Source of the DNA: Octopus vulgaris | Lineage: Eukaryota | NCBI GenBank assembly: GCA_951406725.2 | Contig: OX597816.1 | Coordinates: forward strand, 134,416,001 to 134,480,000 | Length of the DNA stretch: 64,000 nt | Reading direction: 5' to 3' | Shown here: one piece after another, positions 39,088 through 51,399 of the stretch | Layout of the letters: the number at the start of each line of letters is the position of its first letter | Numbering within the stretch: the first letter of the stretch is position 1 | Position numbers and translations under genes: made by a program | The notes under the pieces: generated by a model | The model's database searches: none | Seen by the model: only the letters and a program-made list of their open reading frames with translations | What the model was told of the DNA's origin: nothing

Positions 39088-39997
39088 ATCAAAATAAAAA
39101 CATGATGCGAAGGATTCAGCAGTACATATGTTTCGGGCCTTTATTAGACAGATTTATAACAATGCATAATGTATGTCTGTGGCTTTCTTCAGCCGCGCAC
39201 AACAGCTTCCACAAGGACATGTGTTACATCAAAAGTTCTTGGTTGGGGATGCAAATCCTCTCATTCGCGTACGACATAATGCGGCAGCAGCATAGAATTG
39301 AAGCGTCCATCTCTTTCTTCTCTCAATGTAGAATGAGGAAATTTGGATGTTGAAGTAATGTAAATAAATAAATACATATATAGACGTGAAGATGGAGGGG
39401 TGAGAATTCAGGACGAGGGATAAAAAAATGTATAAAAAGCGTAAGTATAGAAAAATATAAAAATGTAGAGTATAAAGATATAAAGGGATATAAGGAGATG
39501 TAAAGGGGGTATAAAGAATATAAAGAGATATAAAGAAATATAAATAAATGTAAAGGCATAAGGTTATAAAGTAAAAATAGAAATAGAAATAAAAGTAAAG
39601 AGAATAAATCGAAGTAGAATAAAGGTAAAAATAAAAGTAAAAATAAAAATAAAATAAAATAAAATAAAATAAAAATATAATTTGGTAAAGTTTAACATGA
39701 GATGAAGGTGGTTGAAAGTTAGAGGTGTGTGTTAAAGGTGCCCACGTAGGGGCGGGCGGGGGGAACTGAAAATTGGAAGGGTGGGAAGTGGAGTTTGGCG
39801 GTGTGCGTTCAACATCCGAGTTAGAAATGTGAAAGGGTATAGATATAGGGAAATAAAGAGACTATATAGGAAGGATATGGGTGTAGGGGAAGAAATATGT
39901 AGGGAAAAGAAGACATATATGGGAGACAAAATTTGTATATATAGGAGGAAAATGCAGGGAAACATATATGCACATACACACACCCACACACACACAC
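39084..39997 (-). repeat. Inverted, internally deleted pLTR copy
   Basis: 39084-39599 is the reverse complement of ~41632-42143; 39600-39997 is the reverse complement of ~40212-40604. Confidence 0.9.
39119..39196 (-). ncRNA. Type I hammerhead ribozyme in inverted pLTR (two substitutions)
   Basis: GCGG-CUGAAGA-aAGCC...GGCC-c-GAAA-CAUAUGUA^CUGC; stem II G>A mismatch, stem I C>U wobble. Confidence 0.75.
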
Positions 39998-42218
39998 ACC
40001 ATCCTGTATACACAAACTTATTAATACTTTCAAATACTACAAAGCTTAGGTTATTATACCAACTCCCCCATGCAATTTCCTCCCACCCGGTGCAACCGGT
40101 CGGCTCCAGCACATCCCGCTTTCCTATATGTGCGTGTATATGCGTATATGTGTGCGTATATATATGTATGTGCACATATGTGTACGTATATGTATATATA
40201 TATATATATGTGCGTGTGTGTGGGGGGGGGTGTATGTGCATATATGTTTCCCTGCATTTTCCTCCTATATATACAAATTTTGTCTCCCATATATGTCTTC
40301 TTTTCCCTACATATTTCTTCCCCTACACCCATATCCTTCCTATATAGTCTCTTTATTTCCCTATATCTATACCCTTTCACATTTCTAACTCGGATGTTGA
40401 ACGCACACCGCCAAACTCCACTTCCCACCCTTCCAATTTTCAGTTCCCCCCGCCCGCCCCTACGTGGGCACCTTTAACACACACCTCTAACTTTCAACCA
40501 CCTTCATCTCATGTTAAACTTTACCAAATTATATTTTTATTTTATTTTATTTTATTTTTATTTTTACTTTTATTTTTACCTTTATTCTACTTCGATTTAT
40601 TCTCATTTTTATTTTCATCCCTTATCTTAATTCTTATAATTTTTATAGTTTTTATATTTCATTTCTAACCTTTACATTGTATTTCTTATTTTATACTGTA
40701 TTTCTTACTTTTATTTCTAATTTTTACCCTTACCCTCATTCTTACCCCTAACTTATCGCTTTATATCTCTATATATGTCTATTTTTTTTGCTTATCCCTT
40801 ATTTACTTACCTATGGATCCACTTTATGATTATATGAGCGTCCGTGTACGTATGTATACGTATACATATATGTACATATGTACGAGTAAACACCTACGTC
40901 TGGATGTACATACCCCGTATTTCTTTTTTTACATGTTTTCTTATATTCATATGTTTACACCTATTTGTATACATCTTTTAATATCTTATAGCTATACCCA
41001 TATGCGCGTATGTCTGTGTGTGTGTATGTAAGTGTATATGTGCACGCACATATGCACACACAGCCGTGTGTGCGTGCACGTGTAGACGTGAGTGCGCGAT
41101 TCTTTACATACGTTCTTATATACATCCTTTAATATCTTATATCTAAACCTGAAAGCGTGGGCATATGCGTATGTGTATGTAAAGATGGGCGCACGTATGT
41201 ACATATGGGTGTGTACACGTATAATGTCCGTGTATACATGCGGATATTCTGTTGTATGTATGTATATGTACGCGCGTGCGTGTGGGTGTGTGTATGTTTA
41301 TGTACATGTTTACACGTGAGTGCGTGTGTATGCTTATAGGCTTGGAGGCGTATATGTACGCGTGTATATGGGTGTATGTATCCATGATGGTATGTATGTA
41401 CTAGATGACCAATTAATTCAAAGAACCAGATTAAACGCTCAACAGCTCTGATTTACAACACATTAGGTCCCCAGACGACACTGTTGATTTATTGACACCC
41501 AAAACTTCTACAACTAAATTTTATCAATCTCCTGACCACCATGTTTGGTCCGTAACCTCTATACATCCCTTATCTTTATATTTTTTTACATTTTTATCAT
41601 GTTTATTCCTATTTTTATTTTTTTACTTTTTACTTTTATTTCTATTTCTATTTTTACTTTATAACCTTATGCCTTTACATTTATTTATATTTCTTTATAT
41701 CTCTTTATATTCTTTATACCCCCTTTACATCTCCTTATATCCCTTTATATCTTTATACTCTACATTTTTATATTTTTCTATACTTACGCTTTTTATACAT
41801 TTTTTATCCCTCGTCCTGAATTCTCGCCCCTCCATCTTCACGTCTATATATGTATTTATTTATTTACATTACTTCAACATCCAAATTTCCTCATTCTACA
41901 TTGAGAGAAGAAAGAGATGGACACTTCAATTCTATGCTGCTGCCGCATTATGTCGTACGCGAATGAGAGGATTTGCATCCCCAACCAAGAACTTTTGATG
42001 TAACACATGTCCTTGTGGAAGCTGTTGTGCGCGGCTGAAGAAGGCCACAGACATACATTATGCATTGTTATAAATCTGTCTAATAAAGGCCCGAAACATA
42101 TGTACCGCTGAATCCTTCGCATCATGTTTTTATTTTGATCAATTTACTCCACCACCTACACCACCAAACGGTATACACAGGTGCTTATAATTATCAAGTA
42201 CTCACCCCGAATTTCTAT
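39998..42218 (+). repeat. PLE pseudo-LTR, upstream direct copy (starts with the last ~50 nt of the ORF)
   Basis: Matches 44755-46978 at an offset of ~4757-4759 with only a handful of differences. Confidence 0.95.
42031..42108 (+). ncRNA. Type I hammerhead ribozyme in pLTR
   Basis: GCGG-CUGAAGA-a-GGCC...GGCC-c-GAAA-CAUAUG-UA^CCGC; stem I GCGG/CCGC, palindromic stem III ACAUAUGU, GUA cleavage triplet. Confidence 0.85.
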
Positions 42219-42295
42219 ACTCAACTCACCTACGTTGTCACTAGGATCTGATCCCACGTAACCGCGACAACCTTTAGTACTTGACGAACCCAAGC

Positions 42296-44806
42296 ATGAA
42301 GATTCAAAGGATTCACACTAACTTCTCTCCCAAGGACATACCTCTCCACTCCGACAAAACTTACACGACGACCCTCATCCACCGGACCACAGACTTTATT
42401 AGAAGAATCAGGTGGGCGGCCTACCATTTCGATAACCCGGGGAAAAGCAACCCCAACTCTAACCAAGAAGAAATAGCACACAGGAAGATATTTAAAAGCA
42501 GAAGAAACCCACCCTCTAACTACGCACTGGAAAATTTTGAAAAAGACTTAATCGACCTCATTACCAACATCAACATTAGTAAACATAAGACCATTTCCAA
42601 CACCCACTTAAGGAGCCTTAAAGATTTCCTGCATTCACTTAGGAACGATGATAGTCTTATCATACCCGCCGACAAGACTGGGAACTGGTATAGGCTAGAC
42701 TACCAAACCTACAAATCGCTCATCATGAGGGAACTTAGCAAAAAATATAAAACTACTTCTACGGATAACCTTAAGGAAATTAACTACAAAATCAAGGAAG
42801 TTATGAGCAAATTAGACCTCCTGGACAGAACAGAACCTATTAAACCACAAGTACCCAAAATTACTATTAAAGACCATAAGAAAGACTTCCCGGATAATGT
42901 AGGAGTACGATTAATCTGTCCGACTAAATCGGATATCGGCAGACTTAGCAAGACTATCCTGGACAAGGTGATCCCACGCATCAAACCCCACATCCCACTC
43001 CAACTATGGATTAACACCGACGATGTGCTAGAATGGTTTAACACTATCACCAATAGGCCCAACTACTCATTCATCCAATTCGACATAGCTAGCTACTACG
43101 CCAGTATATCCCCCATCTTACTTAACAAATCCCTTATATTTGCCCGCAACCTTTCACTCATAGACAGAGAAAAAATTGACATAATACTATTAGCTAGAAA
43201 AACCATAATAGAATTCGACGGTAGACTCTGGACCAGATCCGATACCCCCGACAATTTTGATGTGGCTATGGGCTCGAGCGATTCAGCTCAGGTGACTGAC
43301 TTGGTCGGGGCCTACCTGCTCAAGAAGCTTTTCTCCGAGGTACCGGATCTTCAGAGGGGTCTATACAGAGACGACGCTCTCTTCATATACCCCACCAACA
43401 ATAGGAGTAAACAAGAAAGAATTAGGAAAAAGATCAGGCTTTTTTTCAAATCCTTCAATCTTAAACTAGAATTTATGACCAATACTAAAATAGTAAACTT
43501 CTTAGATGTTACGTTAGACTTGAATAAGCACCTTCACCACCCGTATAGGAAACCCGAATAAACTACCAAATACATCCATACCTCTTCCAACCATCCACCC
43601 TGTATAATTAGCACCACGGTCCAAGCCATCTCAGACAGACTTACAAAACTATCCTCTAATAGAGAAATTTTCAATAATCACGCACAACGCTACAACCAGG
43701 CTCTCTATAGTGCCGGGTATAACCAGAGAATATCATATGTAGACCACCCGGGAACGTCCGTCGGACATAAAACTCCCAATTATAATCGAACTCAGCACTC
43801 AACTCACACTAGCGATAATTCTAATTTAAACTCCATACAACGTATAGGAAATAGGCGAACTAATAGAATAGCACACAATAGCAACCCTCCCGACGAGAGC
43901 AATATAGATCCTATTAGGAGAAATAGAAGGGATAATAGTAGATTACGCAAATATATATGGTTCAACATACCTTACAACTTAGCAGTTAGGGGTAAGTTAT
44001 GTAAGAGAATATTCTCTATCATTTCCAACAACTTCCCACCCACCCATAAGTATAGAAGTATCTTCTCCAACAAAACCATTAGGATTTCCTACTCTACCCT
44101 GCCCAACATGAGCTGCCTCATAGCTAAACATAACTATATTAATATTAGAACAGCTAGATCAAGAGCAAACTATAGCGACCAACAGAACCCCCCTCATCTA
44201 GATAGTAGACAATATAACCAGACTGGCAGCCATACTACCCAAACAGTTAGTAATAACACCCGCCAACACAACAGAGGAAATACTACACCCATCAACAACC
44301 AGGAGGATATCAACGCCCCCACTCGTATTGCAACACCTCCGCCTGGGATTAGCAGCACACGACCGAATAACGCAATGCAATGCAACTTCAGATGTGCATC
44401 AGAGTGCCCGCTACAGGGCGCATGTAGGGCGAAAAACGTAATATATTCATGTGAGGTGAGTACCCAGTTTAACGCACTCACCTACATAGGGTGCTCAACC
44501 TCCTGGAAATCCAGATACTACAACCACCGGTCCTCGCTGAAACACAGACATAAGGCTAACAGCACCTCCCTTTCTAAAAGAATTTGGGAATTAAAAGACA
44601 AATGCATAGGCTTCAAACTCAGGTGGTCCATCATCGGATCAGCTGCACCTTATTTAAATAATAGAGCAGGATGCCAACTATGTTGTGTAGAACTCCTGAA
44701 CATCTTGAAATTCAAAGACAAACACAATCTTATTAACAAAAGGTCAGAGTTCAAACCATCCTGTATACACAAACTTATTAATACTTTCAAATACTACAAA
44801 GCTTAG
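42296..44806 (+). pseudogene. PLE reverse transcriptase + GIY-YIG endonuclease ORF (~836 codons) with one premature TAA at 43559-43561
   Basis: Motifs ADKTGN, FDIASYYASI, MGSSDSAQVTDLVG, GLYRDD, VNFLDVTL, SNHPP, IWFN.PY, C..RC..CPL.G.C, VIY...YIG, RYYNH, CQLC..E, NKRSE..C.H. The frame is continuous across the TAA. Confidence 0.93.
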
Positions 44807-46978
44807 GTTATTATACCAACTCCCCCATGCAATTTCCTCCCACCCGGTGCAACCAGTCGGCTCCAGCACATCCCGCTTTCCTATATGTGCGTGTATATGC
44901 GTATATGTGTGTGTATATATATGTATGTGCACATATGTGTACGTATATGTATATATATATATATGTGTGTGTGTGTGTGGGGGGGGGGGTGTATGTGCAT
45001 ATATGTTTCCCTGCATTTTCCTCCTATATATACAAATTTTGTCTCCCATATATGTCTTCTTTTCCCTACATATTTCTTCCCCTACACCCATATCCTTCCT
45101 ATATAGTCTCTTTATTTCCCTATATCTATACCCTTTCACATTTCTAACTCGGATGTTGAACGCACACCGCCAAACTCCACTTCCCACCCTTCCAATTTTC
45201 AGTTCCCCCCGCCCGCCCCTACGTGGGCACCTTTAACACACACCTCTAACTTTCAACCACCTTCATCTCATGTTAAACTTTACCAAATTATATTTTTATT
45301 TTATTTTATTTTATTTTTATTTTTACTTTTATTTTTACCTTTATTCTACTTCGATTTATTCTCATTTTTATTTTCATCCCTTATCTTAATTCTTATAATT
45401 TTTATAGTTTTTATATTTCATTTCTAACCTTTACATTGTATTTCTTATTTTATACTGTATTTCTTACTTTTATTTCTAATTTTTACCCTTACCCTCATTC
45501 TTACCCCTAACTTATCGCTTTATATCTCTATATATGTCTATTTTTTTTGCTTATCCCTTATTTACTTACCTATGGATCCACTTTATGATTATATGAGCGT
45601 CCGTGTACGTATGTATACGTATACATATATGTACATATGTACGAGTAAACACCTACGTCTGGATGTACATACCCCGTATTTCTTTTTTTACATGTTTTCT
45701 TATATTCATATGTTTACACCTATTTGTATACATCTTTTAATATCTTATAGCTATACCCATATGCGCGTATGTCTGTGTGTGTGTATGTAAGTGTATATGT
45801 GCACGCACATATGCACACACAGCCGTGTGTGCGTGCACGTGTAGACGTGAGTGCGCGATTCTTTACATACGTTCTTATATACATCCTTTAATATCTTATA
45901 TCTAAACCTGAAAGCGTGGGCATATGCGTATGTGTATGTAAAGATGGGCGCACGTATGTACATATGGGTGTGTACACGTATAATGTCCGTGTATACATGC
46001 GGATATTCTGTTGTATGTATGTATATGTACGCGCGTGCGTGTGGGTGTGGGTGTGTTTATGTACATGTTTACACGTGAGTGCGTGTGTATGCTTATAGGC
46101 TTGGAGGCGTATATGTACGCGTGTATATGGGTGTATGTATCCATGATGGTATGTATGTACCAGATGACCAATTAATTCAAAGAACCAGATTAAACGCTCA
46201 ACAGCTCTGATTTACAACACATTAGGTCCCCAGACGACACTGTTGATTTATTGACACCCAAAACTTCTACAACTAAATTTTATCAATCTCCTGACCACCA
46301 TGTTTGGTCCGTAACCTCTATACATCCCTTATCTTTATATTTTTTTACATTTTTATCATGTTTATTCCTATTTTTATTTTTTTACTTTTTACTTTTATTT
46401 CTATTTCTATTTTTACTTTATAACCTTATGCCTTTACATTTATTTATATTTCTTTATATCTCTTTATATTCTTTATACCCCCTTTACATCTCCTTATATC
46501 CCTTTATATCTTTATACTCTACATTTTTATATTTTTCTATACTTACGCTTTTTATACATTTTTTATTCCTCGTCCTGAATTCTCGCCCCTCCATCTTCAC
46601 GTCTATATATGTATTTATTTATTTACATTACTTCAACATCCAAATTTCCTCATTCTACATTGAGAGAAGAAAGAGATGGACGCTTCAATTCTATGCTGCT
46701 GCCGCATTATGTCGTACGCGAATGAGAGGATTTGCATCCCCAACCAAGAACTTTTGATGTAACACATGTCCTTGTGGAAGCTGTTGTGCGCGGCTGAAGA
46801 AGGCCACAGACATACATTATGCATTGTTATAAATCTGTCTAATAAAGGCCCGAAACATATGTACCGCTGAATCCTTCGCATCATGTTTTTATTTTGATCA
46901 ATTTACTCCACCACCTACACCACCAAACGGTATACACAGGTGCTTATAATTATCAAGTACTCACCCCGAATTTTCTAT
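44755..46978 (+). repeat. PLE pseudo-LTR, downstream direct copy
   Basis: Near-identical to 39998-42218; ends in (TA)n. Confidence 0.95.
46790..46867 (+). ncRNA. Type I hammerhead ribozyme in pLTR (second copy)
   Basis: Identical to 42031-42108. Confidence 0.85.
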
Positions 46979-47574
46979 ATATATATATATATATATATAC
47001 ATATATTTATTGTAATTGTAATATTTGGTCAACAACTGATGAGGGTTTGAAGATTATCTGCATTCTGTTATATGTGTGGTCATTTTCCCCCTTTTTCCTG
47101 TAAATTTCTTTGTCCTCACTGTGCTACATATTCCTTATTTATATATATATATTTATATCATCAATGTCATCATCATCATCATCATTTAATGTCTATCTTC
47201 CATACTGGCATGGATTGGACTGTTTGACACGAGCTGGAAAGCCAGAGGAATGCACCAAGTTCCACCGACTGTTTTGGCATGGTTTTTATGGCTGGGTGCT
47301 CTTCCTAATACCAGCCACTTTACATAGTAGACTGGGTACTTTTTAGATGGTTCTAGCACCAATGAGGTTTTTACAGCTTCACGGTTGTGAACAAGCAGCA
47401 CGATCTTACAAGCAATGTCGTTTGTTTACAGTCATCCATGAAAAACATGTCTGGCCATGAGAAATATTACCTTGCTTGGAAATATGTGAGGTTGGTAGCA
47501 GGAGGGGCATCCAACTGTAAAAATCTGCCTCAACAAATTCTGCCTGACCTTTGTGGACATTAACTGATGATGGC

Positions 47575-47714
47575 AGTATGTATGTATGCATGTATTTATG
47601 TAAGTATGTATGTATGTATGTATCATCATCATCATTTAACGTCCGCTTTCCATGCTAGCATGGGTTGGACGATGTATGTATGTATGTATGTATGTGTGTG
47701 TGTGTGCATGTATG

Positions 47715-47748
<34 letters not shown>

Positions 47749-47778
47749 TGTACATATGTACATATGTATGCACGTATG

Positions 47779-47812
<34 letters not shown>

Positions 47813-47826
47813 TGTATGTATGTATG
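47575..47826. repeat. (TATG)n microsatellite
   Basis: Direct reading; similar tract at 48790-49020. Confidence 0.9.
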
Positions 47827-47989
47827 TCTCTTCTGTTTTTTAATTATTATAAATCTACCACTAAGGAGGGAGCCAGTTTCCAATTTATTATTGGTATGAA
47901 TATGAATTCATAGTCTGAACATAGAAGCTGGAGGTTTCAAAGCAGTTGTCCATAGCTATTCTTTTTTTTTTTTTTTGATTTTCAAAGAG

Positions 47990-48785
47990 ATATTTATATC
48001 TGCAGGGCAGCTGACTTCTGTGATGGTACATAACTTTGCCCCTCTGTCCCAGACAACAATATCCGGTCAGTTATGTTTACATTTGACAAACGTTTTGATG
48101 GGAATATTCCACCAGTATTCCGTGAGTTGGAGTTTATGAATGTATTCCATAATAGAGGGATTTTCTAAGTTTATTTCAGGACAGTCTTTTTGTAGATGGC
48201 ATTGTGAATTGTTTTAGCAACAATATTGTGCCACATATAGTGAAGGCGCATGGCTCAGTGGTTAGAGCGTCGAGCTTACGATCGTGAGCTCAAATCCCGG
48301 ACCGGGCTGCGTGTTGTGTTCTTGAGCAAAGCACTTTATTTCACGTTGCTCCAGTTCACTCAGCTGTAGAAATGAGTTGTGACGTCACATGTGCCAAGCT
48401 GTATCGACCTTTGTCTTTCCCTTGGATAACACTGGTGGCATGGAGAGGGGAGGCTGGTATGCATGGGCGACTGCTGGTCTTCCATAAAAACAACCTTGCC
48501 CGGACTTGTGTCTAGGAGGGTAACTTTCTAGGTGCAATCCCATGGTCATTCATGACCAAAGGGGGTCTTTACCCTTTTATTGTGCCACATAGGGAGATAG
48601 TACTGTGATGACATTTTAGGACAGCTGCTAATCACATGCATGGTGTCTTTCACAGAAACATGACATAGCCTATACATGTGGTTGCATCTTAGGATTACAA
48701 GTGCGTCACTGTGTCTCTTGTTCACCAGGTACTCTGTGGCAATCTCCTGAACCTGGATTGCAAACACATAGCCCTCAAAGTGTGA
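47990..48785 (-). mobile_element. RLE-type (R4/Dong-like) LINE fragment split by a SINE
   Basis: EGYVFAIQ.QEIAT...RLCH...HVISSCPK..SQYY..WHN, continuing past the SINE at ~48235. Confidence 0.65.
48240..48578 (+). mobile_element. tRNA-derived SINE family B
   Basis: TGGCTCAGTGGTTAGAGCG head; TSD TATTGTGCCACATA on both sides. Confidence 0.9.
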
Positions 48786-48980
48786 TGTGATGTATGTATG
48801 TACGTATGTACGTATGTACATATGTATGTATGTATGTATGTATCTTTGTATGTTTGTATGTATGTATGTACATATTATGTAAATACATACATATGTATGT
48901 ATGTATGTATTGTATGTATGTATGTATGTATTGTATGTATTGTATGTATGTATTGTATGTATTGTATGTATGTATGTATG

Positions 48981-49014
<34 letters not shown>

Positions 49015-49628
49015 TATATACACCTCCACACACACAAAGTTAGGCAGAAAGTAGGAACTACAGATAAGCAAGCAGATACATAGATGGATAGATATATGTG
49101 TGTATGTAAGTTGATTGGTATTTTGTTTTATTGTCAAAGATATTACTTTACAAAACTGTAGTTTACAATAATGAATTCTAAATTGAAAATGTTATGTATT
49201 TTAGTTGGAAAAGACTCCTACCTTCCCCAAAATGTCTTAGATGCAAATGGTTGACAGCTGTATGCAATTTCTTTGCTGGGTGGTGTTTAAATTAGTTTTG
49301 CAATCAAATGTTATTGTCCTCCACTGACTTTTTTTAACATAAAAAGAAATTTAAAGAAGGGATAGTGGGGTTAGGGTAGAAAAAAGAAATAAGATGTTAA
49401 TGAAACTAAGGAATGTGCTTTAATGAGAAGGTATAACTCTTCAGTTCAGGACACAGACCCTAGTGGTTAGGGTGTCAAATTCACAATTGCAAGATTGTGG
49501 TTTCAATTCTTGGTCCTGGTGGTGTTATCTGTTACTTGTTTCAGTCATTAGACTGCAGTCATGCTAGGTCACTGCCTTGAATTTTTAGTCGAATGAATTT
49601 TTTTAAATTGATAAAATAATTTACAAAC

Positions 49629-49882
49629 CTGTTTTCAAATTGTTGAAAATTTTCCGCACTCTTGATTTGAACCAGCCCACCAGTTCTTCACATTCAGACT
49701 GTTGTCTAAGGTTTGGAGGCTTTGATAAAATACTAACAACATAGTTATACTGAGAATTCATTTCCAAAACTTGCTGAATTAAGCTTTTCACATCAAATGT
49801 TCTTGACAAATGGACCCAACGTTCTTTGGCAGTTTTAGACTTCAAGTTAGCTAAGTTGCTGTGACTTTTTATATCAGTGAGT
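49629..49882 (-). CDS. CNBD2-like, coding exon 2
   Basis: ttgtctag|...ACA G|gtttgt; LTDIKSH...ILSKPPNLRQQSECEELVGWFKSRVRKIFNNLKT, the typical helical lead-in to a cNMP domain. Confidence 0.85.
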
Positions 49883-50275
49883 CTAGACAAGGAGGAAAAT
49901 ATAACATATTACATAAAAATTACAAAGAAACACAGCAGACAAAAATAAATGTTGGATACTTGTAGTAATCAAATATAATGTGACAAACTTATGTAGGAGT
50001 TTCTCGGTAGTCAAATCAACATTTTACTTCTCTATTTATAAATAAAGAAGTAAATCAGAGGCAGAAGAATAATATTCATGGCATTAACAAAAACTCTCAG
50101 ACTTATTTAATGCAGCCATCAAATCTCTATGCATGGATGAAAAAAAAGTAGGAAAAATATTCTATATAGAATCAAGATATGAACATTCAATAACTTTCAG
50201 TTGCTTAAATGCCACTGAAAGCAAGACAGGCTCTAGTCTAATGGGCCTGTAAGCTTGAAACAGATTTTGTGTGTT

Positions 50276-50318
<43 letters not shown>

Positions 50319-50532
50319 TAGACAGGCAGACAGACAGACAGACAGACAGAGATAGGGATTAAAGAAACTTGGGTGAATACCTCAGTCAGCACACCATGTG
50401 GAAAACCTGGCTAACAGAATATCCAAGAAAAGAAAATCAGAACCTGTAAACAGTAAATCCTCAGGGCATTCATACAAGCTGCAAACTGTATGAGATTCAC
50501 CAATCATTTAGTTGGTGCTTTTATTGCAAAAT

Positions 50533-50850
50533 GGAGGCGCAATGGCCCAGTGGTTAGGGCAGCAGACTTGCGGTCGGAGGATCGTGGTTTCAACTCCCAG
50601 ACTGGGCGTTGTGTGTGTTTATTGAGCAAAAACACCTAAAAGCTCCATGAGGCTCCAGCAGGGTATGGTGGCAACCCTGTTGTACTCTTTCACCACAACT
50701 TTCTCTCACTCTCTCTTCCTGTTTCTTGAGTAACGCTGCGATGGACAGGCATACCGTCCAGCTGGGGAGAACACATACATCACAGAAACTGGGAAACCGG
50801 GCCCATGAGCCTGGCTAGGCTTGAAAAGGGTGACGTTTATTGTTTATCGT
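50533..50850 (+). mobile_element. tRNA-derived SINE family D
   Basis: GGAGGCGCAATGGCCCAGTGGTTAGGG head; TSD TTTTATTGCAAAAT. Confidence 0.9.
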
Positions 50851-51399
50851 TTTTATTGCAAAATATAATAGCAATCAGATGAAAAAAACAAAGATGATGT
50901 TATATGATTTTATTTAAGGTTATGATCATTTTGAAAGGCCTCAGGAGCTGTTCTATCACTATGCACATTGGTTTATACATACAAAATTCATATAAATGCA
51001 CACCATACAATTAATTATTGAAATAGTAGTAAATTTCCTTTCTCTCTTTTTATTGTACAAGCATACAATTAAACTTGGCAATTTCTTAGTCTTTCAGGGA
51101 CTGTGGTACATACTAAACCAAAGAAGGTAATGTAACATGCCTTTTCATCTACAATCTCCATCAATTAAATTATCTTATTAGGGGAGTACTTGGTGTTTAG
51201 AACTTTGATACTATGCAACTCCAACTCCACCATAGTATATGTTTGTTGGAAACTCAAAATCTACCATGATAACTTTATGGTGGTGGTGGTGGTGGTGGTG
51301 GTGGTAGTAGTGGTAAAATTTGATTCAACAATAAGCATGACCATTGCTTGTTGATGAGCTGTAAAGTACAAATGTCTCTTCTCAGTTAAATGCTATGCA

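Larger units (their letters stand above)
39084..46978 (+). mobile_element. Penelope-like retroelement (C-terminal GIY-YIG type, probably Nematis-related), young insertion with inverted + tandem pseudo-LTRs
   Basis: (TA)n | inverted partial pLTR 39084-39997 | ORF tail + pLTR 39998-42218 | ORF | pLTR to 46978 | (TA)n. The direct repeats are nearly identical. Confidence 0.95.

Noticed and set aside
43559-43561. Selenocysteine recoding as reported for some Naiad PLEs
   Set aside because: The stop is TAA, not TGA, and the endonuclease is C-terminal, unlike Naiads.
39998-46978. LTR retrotransposon or assembly duplication
   Set aside because: No TG..CA ends, gag, protease or integrase; the copies differ at several sites and the layout matches PLE tandem/inverted insertions.
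47030-47100. CUGAUGA next to the PLE 3' TA tract as another hammerhead
   Set aside because: No stem II closure or GAAA follows.
48240-48310. tRNA genes (also 15279, 50533)
   Set aside because: tRNA-like heads continue into SINE bodies with TSDs; no complete cloverleaf.
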